Below are positions 58,690-64,000 of a stretch of DNA of 64,000 nt, one piece after another. Position 1 is the stretch's first letter. Each line of letters opens with the position of its first letter. The DNA is from Sedimentisphaerales bacterium (GTDB taxonomy: Bacteria > Planctomycetota > Phycisphaerae > Sedimentisphaerales > Anaerobacaceae). The translations under genes and the position numbers were made by a program. The DNA lies in assembly GCA_040772485.1 (NCBI GenBank), contig JAXGYC010000007.1, forward strand, positions 512,001 to 576,000, given 5' to 3'. The notes beneath the pieces are model-generated. The model saw only the letters and a list, made by a program, of their open reading frames with translations, was not told where the DNA came from and did no database searches.

Positions 58690-60090
58690 ATGAGACGAAA
58701 GACATCCCCCCTGCGAACAACTGTGACGATCGCGCTGGCAATGGCACTGGCCGGCTCGTTGTTCGTTCAGAGCGCGTATGCCGAGACCCAGGAACAGCGG
58801 GATGCGCGGATGCAGTGGTGGCGTCAGGCGCGATTCGGCATGTTTGTGCACTGGGGCCTGTATTCCGGCTTGGCCGGGACGTGGAACGACAAGCCCGTCG
58901 GCACGCGCGGCGGGATGGAGTGGCTCCAGCAGCGGGTTCGCGCCGACACGTGGGAATACGCCCATCAGGCAGTTCCCAAGTTCCGTCCAGCCGAGGGTTT
59001 CGCCACCGAATGGGCAAAGCTCGCCAAGGAGGCGGGCTGCCGCTACGTCGTCTTCACCAGCAAACACCACGATGGGTTCTGCCTGTTCGACTCGCAGTAC
59101 ACCACCTACGATGCCCGCGATCTGGTCGGCCGGGACCTGTGCAAGGAGATCACTGACGCGATCCGCGCCGAGGGGCTCAAAGTCGGCTACTATCACTCCG
59201 TCATCGACTGGCACCACCCGCAGTACGACTACGACAAGGCCAGCCAGTTGCCGCACCCGCTTCGAGGCCGGCCTTCCCCGAACGGTCCGCGCCATCACGA
59301 CATCTACCTGGATTACCTCCACCACCAGGCGCGCGAGCTGTTCAGCAACTACGGCACGCTCGACATCATCTGGTGGGACTATTCCAAGGAGGGCAACGAG
59401 GGCCCCTTCTGGCGGTCGGACGAGCTGATGGCGATGGCGCGGCAGTTGCAGCCGGCGATCATCTCAAACAACCGCCTCTATCACATCCCGGACATCGAGA
59501 GGGACGACTCTTCGGACCGGCTGCGCAAGTGGAAGCCCGAGCACGGCGACTTCACCACGCCGGAACAGACCATCCCTTCCACCGGCATCCCCGGCGTCGA
59601 TTGGGAAGTCTGCATGACGATGAACACCACCTGGGGCTACTCCGACCACGACGACGCCTGGAAGTCCAACGAGACGCTGATCCGCAACCTCGTCGACATC
59701 GTCTCGAAGGGTGGCAACTATCTGCTCAACATCGGCCCCAAAGGCGACGGCTCGATCCCCCAGCAGAGCATCGACTCGATGCGCGCCATCGGCAAGTGGA
59801 TGGCCGTCAACGGCGAAGCCATCTACGAGACGACCGCCAGCCCCTTCGAGCAGCCTCCCTGGGGCCGGTACACCAAGAAGCCTGGCAGGCTCTACGCCCA
59901 CGTCTTTGACTGGCCCGCCGATGGCAAGCTGATCGTCCCGCTCCAGGGACAACGTGTAACGAAGGCATATTTGCTGGCGGACGCCGGCCGCGCATCGCTC
60001 AAGACCCAGACGACCTCCGACGGTGTGACGATCCAGGTCCCGAGCCAGGCGCCGGACGCTATCGCCAGCGTAATGGCCATCGAGTACTAA
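58690..60090 (+). CDS. Alpha-L-fucosidase (GH29)
   Basis: WWRQARFGMFVHWGLYS, TSKHHDGF, IIWWD, WEVCMTMN..WGY, GGNYLLNIGP. Confidence 0.95.
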   Translation: MRRKTSPLRTTVTIALAMALAGSLFVQSAYAETQEQRDARMQWWRQARFGMFVHWGLYSGLAGTWNDKPVGTRGGMEWLQQRVRADTWEYAHQAVPKFRPAEGFATEWAKLAKEAGCRYVVFTSKHHDGFCLFDSQYTTYDARDLVGRDLCKEITDAIRAEGLKVGYYHSVIDWHHPQYDYDKASQLPHPLRGRPSPNGPRHHDIYLDYLHHQARELFSNYGTLDIIWWDYSKEGNEGPFWRSDELMAMARQLQPAIISNNRLYHIPDIERDDSSDRLRKWKPEHGDFTTPEQTIPSTGIPGVDWEVCMTMNTTWGYSDHDDAWKSNETLIRNLVDIVSKGGNYLLNIGPKGDGSIPQQSIDSMRAIGKWMAVNGEAIYETTASPFEQPPWGRYTKKPGRLYAHVFDWPADGKLIVPLQGQRVTKAYLLADAGRASLKTQTTSDGVTIQVPSQAPDAIASVMAIEY

Positions 60091-60093
60091 GCG

Positions 60094-61533
60094 ATGAACA
60101 GAATACAATCGATTCTCTTGATTGCCATTGGTGTCCTATTCGTAGGGGCGAATCATGATTCGCCCTTACACGCAGCGACCGCACAGAATGATCTGGCCTC
60201 GTTCGTCGTGGTCAGTCCGCGCGACAACCGCTATTTCGAACTGTCCAATGGCAGCCCCTACGTCCCCATCGGGTTCAACCTGGTCGGGCCGCCGCGAGAG
60301 GACGAGTTCGACCGCCTCTTCGAGATCATGGCGGCCAACCGCATCAACTACGTGCGCGTCTGGCTGGGACACGATGGCTGGAACGTCGAGCACGCCAAGC
60401 CTCTGCAATTCGATCCGGCCCGCGCCGCGATCATCGACCGATTCCTCGCGCTGGCGAGAAAGCACGGCGTCCGCGTCAAGATGTGCCTGGAGTACTTCCG
60501 CGACATTCGCGCCGAGCGGAGCCGCTGGTCCGACAACCTGATCTATCATCGGGCCAATGGCGGCCTCTACGAGAGCATGCACGAATACCTCTCGTCCGAT
60601 CGGGGCCGCGACCACTTCAAGGCCAAGCTCGACTGGTACGCGGATCGCTATGGCGCCGAGCCGGGGGTTTTCGCGTGGGAACTGTGGAACGAGATGAACG
60701 CGGTGCGCGATTCCGAGTGGCTCGACTGGACCACGGCGATGCTGCCGGAACTGAAACGCCGATTCCCGCGAAACCTGGCGATCCAGAGCCTCGGCAGCTA
60801 CGACCGGGAGCAAGGGCGCGACAGCTATCGCACGCTGTGCCTGCTCGAAGACAACGACGTCGCCCAGGTGCATCGCTACCTCGACGAGGGCGCCGGCTGG
60901 GAGATCTGCCACGGGCCGGTCGACGTGCTGGCGGCTCACGCCGTGCGCGAGCTGATCGCGTTCGAGGCGGGCAAGCCCATCATCCTCACTGAGACCGGCG
61001 CCGTCAAACCGCGTCACACCGGCTGCTCGGAGCTTTACGCCAGGGACCCCGAGGGCACGCTTCTGCACGACATGCTGTTCGCGCCATTCTTCAGCGGCGC
61101 GGCCGGTCCCGGCCACGTGTGGTGGTGGCGGCAGGCCATCGACGAGCCGAACCTGTGGCATCACTTCGCGCGGTTCGCCACAGCCATAGAAGGAATCGAC
61201 CCGCCCGCCGAGGCGTTCGAGCCGGTCACGATCCCGCACGAGCGACTGCGTATCTACGCCCTCGCCGGCCGCAACACGTTTCTCGCCTGGTGCCGCGATA
61301 CGCAGAACGACTGGCGGACCGAGCTGATCGAGGGCCGCAAACCTGAGACGCTGACCGACGTCAGGATCGATCTGTCGAGCGTGAGGATTCCCGCCGGGGC
61401 GAGCGTGCAACTCTACGATCCCTGGACGGACACGCAATCGAACGCGACGCTTCGCGACGGCGCCGTCACCATCCCGTCCCTGCGCCGCTCCACTGTCCTG
61501 CGCATCGGCTCGACGATACCATCCACTCGGTGA
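60094..61533 (+). CDS. Secreted clan-A (GH5-like) glycoside hydrolase
   Basis: RYFELSNGSPYVPIGFN, INYVRVW, FAWELWNE acid/base, KPIILTETG nucleophile. Confidence 0.8.
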   Translation: MNRIQSILLIAIGVLFVGANHDSPLHAATAQNDLASFVVVSPRDNRYFELSNGSPYVPIGFNLVGPPREDEFDRLFEIMAANRINYVRVWLGHDGWNVEHAKPLQFDPARAAIIDRFLALARKHGVRVKMCLEYFRDIRAERSRWSDNLIYHRANGGLYESMHEYLSSDRGRDHFKAKLDWYADRYGAEPGVFAWELWNEMNAVRDSEWLDWTTAMLPELKRRFPRNLAIQSLGSYDREQGRDSYRTLCLLEDNDVAQVHRYLDEGAGWEICHGPVDVLAAHAVRELIAFEAGKPIILTETGAVKPRHTGCSELYARDPEGTLLHDMLFAPFFSGAAGPGHVWWWRQAIDEPNLWHHFARFATAIEGIDPPAEAFEPVTIPHERLRIYALAGRNTFLAWCRDTQNDWRTELIEGRKPETLTDVRIDLSSVRIPAGASVQLYDPWTDTQSNATLRDGAVTIPSLRRSTVLRIGSTIPSTR

Positions 61534-61553
61534 GCACGATGGAGGAGGAAACC

Positions 61554-62354
61554 ATGGGTAAAACGCAGATCATCTTGTTCGGCCTCATCCTGGGGACTGC
61601 GGGCTGCGGCACGTTGCCGGACGGGAGCCGCTGGGGCCAGGACGCCTTCACCTGCTTCGACTCGAACCGGATCGCCAAGGCGGCCCGAGATGCCTTGCTC
61701 AGTCCCCACACGCTCATCCCGCTGGCCGGGGCGGCGGCGTTTGCCATCGACGACTTCGACGAGAGAGCCTCCGACTGGGCGACGAAACACACCCCCATCT
61801 TCGGCTCGGAAGAAGACGCCCGCGAGGCCAGCAACGATCTCAAGACCATCCTGGGCGTCGAGACCCTGGCAACGGCTCTGGCCGCCCCCAGCGGCGACGA
61901 GGCCGGACCGTGGGCATACGCCAAGCTCAAGGGATTGGCCGTCGAGGGCGGCGCGATCGGGCTGACACAGAGTCTGACCGGCGCGCTGAAGAGCGCAATC
62001 AGCCGGGACCGCCCGAACCAGGAAAACGACAACAGCTTCCCCTCAGGCCACAGCTCCTCCGCCTTCGCCTACGCCACGCTATCGAACCGAAATCTGGATT
62101 CCATCGACCTGCCAGCGGGCGTTCGACCGGTCCTACAGACCGGCAACGCGATCCTTGCCGGTGGCGTTGCGTGGGCGCGCGTCGAAGGACGCAAGCATTA
62201 TCCTTCGGACATCCTGTTCGGAGCGGCACTCGGACACTTCGTGACGGCCTTCATCCACGATGCCTTTCTGAACCTTCGCGACCCCGAGCGGGCCAGCCTG
62301 ACGACCTTCCCCGTCGAGGCGGGAGCCGGAATCCAGTTGGCCATCCGTTTCTGA
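61554..62354 (+). CDS. PAP2-family phosphatase, lipoprotein signal
   Basis: K.....RDRP, SFPSGHS, ARVEGRKHYPSD; LGTAGC lipobox-like. Confidence 0.9.
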   Translation: MGKTQIILFGLILGTAGCGTLPDGSRWGQDAFTCFDSNRIAKAARDALLSPHTLIPLAGAAAFAIDDFDERASDWATKHTPIFGSEEDAREASNDLKTILGVETLATALAAPSGDEAGPWAYAKLKGLAVEGGAIGLTQSLTGALKSAISRDRPNQENDNSFPSGHSSSAFAYATLSNRNLDSIDLPAGVRPVLQTGNAILAGGVAWARVEGRKHYPSDILFGAALGHFVTAFIHDAFLNLRDPERASLTTFPVEAGAGIQLAIRF

Positions 62355-62486
62355 TCGGACCGGCTCAGTTGCGTCTTTGGTCCTCGCTTCCGATCCGGTA
62401 TACTGACAGGCGGCAGCCTTGAGTGGGGCGAATGATGGTTCGCCCCTACAAGGCTGCCACCCAACCAACAAGGGAAAGGAGAGCCG

Positions 62487-63800
62487 ATGGAGACGCAAGG
62501 CAGACCACGAGCAAGCCGGATTTCGCGCCGGCAGTTCCTCCGCAGCTCGGTAACCGCTGCATCGGTGACCGCGCTGGCCGGGGCATTGCAGGCCCGAGCG
62601 TACGCCGGCGGGACGGGGGCCATGCGGATCGGCCTGATCGGATGCGGCGGGCGCGGCACCGGCGCCGCAGTCCAGGCGCTCAACGCCTGCCCGCGCGCCA
62701 GGCTCACCGCCATGGCCGACGCCTTCGAAGACCGGCTCGGCGGAAGCCTTCAAGGCATCTCGAAGGAGCATCCGGACCGCGTGGACGTGCCGGCCGAGCG
62801 CCGCTTCGTCGGCATGGATGCGTACGCGCGCGTGATGGACACGGATGTGGACCTGGTGATCCTGGCGACGCCGCCGGGCTTTCGACCGCAGCAGTTCGAC
62901 GCGGCGGTGACTGCCGGCAAACACGTGTTCATGGAAAAACCCGTCGCGGTGGACGTGCCCGGCATTCGCAAGGTGGCCGCCGCCAACGAGCGGGCGAAGG
63001 CCAGGGGCCTGGCGGTAGCGGTCGGTCTGAACATCCGCCACCAGAACAACGCACGCGAAGTGATCGGCCGCGTCCACAACGGCGCCATCGGGCAGATCAT
63101 GTTTCTGCGCGCCTACGGCAACAACGCCGGCGTGTGGGTCCATCGGCGGCAAAGCGGAGAAAGCGAGATGCAATACCAGATGCGCAACTGGTACTACTTC
63201 AACTGGCTCTGCGGCGACCTGATCGTCGAGCAGACCGTCCATGCCCTCGACCTGGTCGACTGGGCCAAGGGCGACCACCCCATCGACGCCCAGGGCATGG
63301 GCGGACGGCAAGTGCGCATCGGGCCCGACTACGGCGAAATCTACGATCACCACGCGGTCGAATACACCTACCGCGACGGAACGAAAATGTTCCTGTTCTG
63401 CCGGCACATCCCCAACTGCTGGAGCAGCTTCGGCGGCATCGCACACGGCACGAAAGGTCAGGCCGATCTCGGCAGCGGCGTGCTGACGGTGCAGGGCGAG
63501 AAGCCCGTTCGTTTTGACCCGGGCGTCGCCGGCCACCAGGCCGAGCACGATCATCTCTTTGCGGCGCTCGACGCGGGCAGGCCCTACAACGAGGGCGATT
63601 ACGGCGTCAGCAGCACAATGACCGCGATCCTCGGCCGCATGGCCACCTACTCGGGACATATCGTCACCTGGGACGACGCCATGAAATCCGAGACGGACCT
63701 CGGCCCGGACCGCTACAGTTGGGACGCGGCCCCTCCCATCCTGCCGGGACCGAATGGGCTCTACGCCTGTGCCATGCCTGGCCAGAAGGGACCTTACTGA
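62487..63800 (+). CDS. Gfo/Idh/MocA oxidoreductase with Tat signal
   Basis: SRRQFL; IGLIGCGGRG; HVFMEKPVA. Confidence 0.93.
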   Translation: METQGRPRASRISRRQFLRSSVTAASVTALAGALQARAYAGGTGAMRIGLIGCGGRGTGAAVQALNACPRARLTAMADAFEDRLGGSLQGISKEHPDRVDVPAERRFVGMDAYARVMDTDVDLVILATPPGFRPQQFDAAVTAGKHVFMEKPVAVDVPGIRKVAAANERAKARGLAVAVGLNIRHQNNAREVIGRVHNGAIGQIMFLRAYGNNAGVWVHRRQSGESEMQYQMRNWYYFNWLCGDLIVEQTVHALDLVDWAKGDHPIDAQGMGGRQVRIGPDYGEIYDHHAVEYTYRDGTKMFLFCRHIPNCWSSFGGIAHGTKGQADLGSGVLTVQGEKPVRFDPGVAGHQAEHDHLFAALDAGRPYNEGDYGVSSTMTAILGRMATYSGHIVTWDDAMKSETDLGPDRYSWDAAPPILPGPNGLYACAMPGQKGPY

Positions 63801-63900
63801 GCGATCCGTGGCCCCAGCACGCACGATTCGGATGGGAAGTCACCGTGTAGAATGAACACATCGAGCGAAAGTGACGAGATCATATGGGCAAAGGGAAACG

Positions 63901-64000
63901 ATGACCGAAGAGACGGACCACAGACCCGATCAGTCGGAGATCCTGCAATTCGCCTCGCTGATCGCGCACCAGCTCAAAAGCCCGATCAGCACGATCAGCA
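63901..64000 (+). CDS. Histidine kinase, 5' end (truncated by window edge)
   Basis: MTEETDHRPDQSEILQFASLIAHQLKSPISTIS contains an H-box (F.S.IAH.LKSP). Confidence 0.7.
   Translation, partial: MTEETDHRPDQSEILQFASLIAHQLKSPISTIS

Noticed and set aside
1..64000. tRNA, rRNA, integrase or prophage structural genes
   Set aside because: None recognised in the sequence or the ORF track.

Overview
GC-rich bacterial DNA whose gene content points to a planctomycete, probably Phycisphaerae/Sedimentisphaerales-like (inference from prepilin-type H-x-DG proteins, discoidin-type secreted proteins, PQQ propeller and heptamer repeats). The window has four parts. (1) 1-13.4 kb: a minus-strand unit of ECF sigma, a small ORF, an archaeal-type ThrRS editing domain fused to an unknown domain, and a sodium:solute symporter, followed by secreted proteins, a B12 radical SAM, a prepilin-type protein and an HNH-AP2 nuclease. 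(2) 13.8-32.4 kb: an accessory island bracketed by two paralogous secreted-protein genes that share a promoter and a near-identical 1.37-kb 3' end. It contains 14 copies of a 23-bp palindrome (GCTACCTGCGAWTCGCAGGTAGC, about 120-bp period) around an intact PadR gene, flanked by duplicated gene-end remnants and a RAYT remnant, plus three TA loci, an IS66 scar, a DUF4238 gene and a sugar-nucleotide operon. (3) 34.7-52.3 kb: one ABC ATPase followed by six tandem ADOP/MacB-type permeases joined by conserved heptamer-hairpin spacers. (4) 52.6-64 kb: tag, a prepilin-type protein and a GH106/GH29/GH5-like carbohydrate cluster. The best candidates for undescribed systems are the palindrome array/PadR locus and the ThrRS-editing-domain fusion operon. 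All family calls come from motifs recognised by eye; no searches were run.
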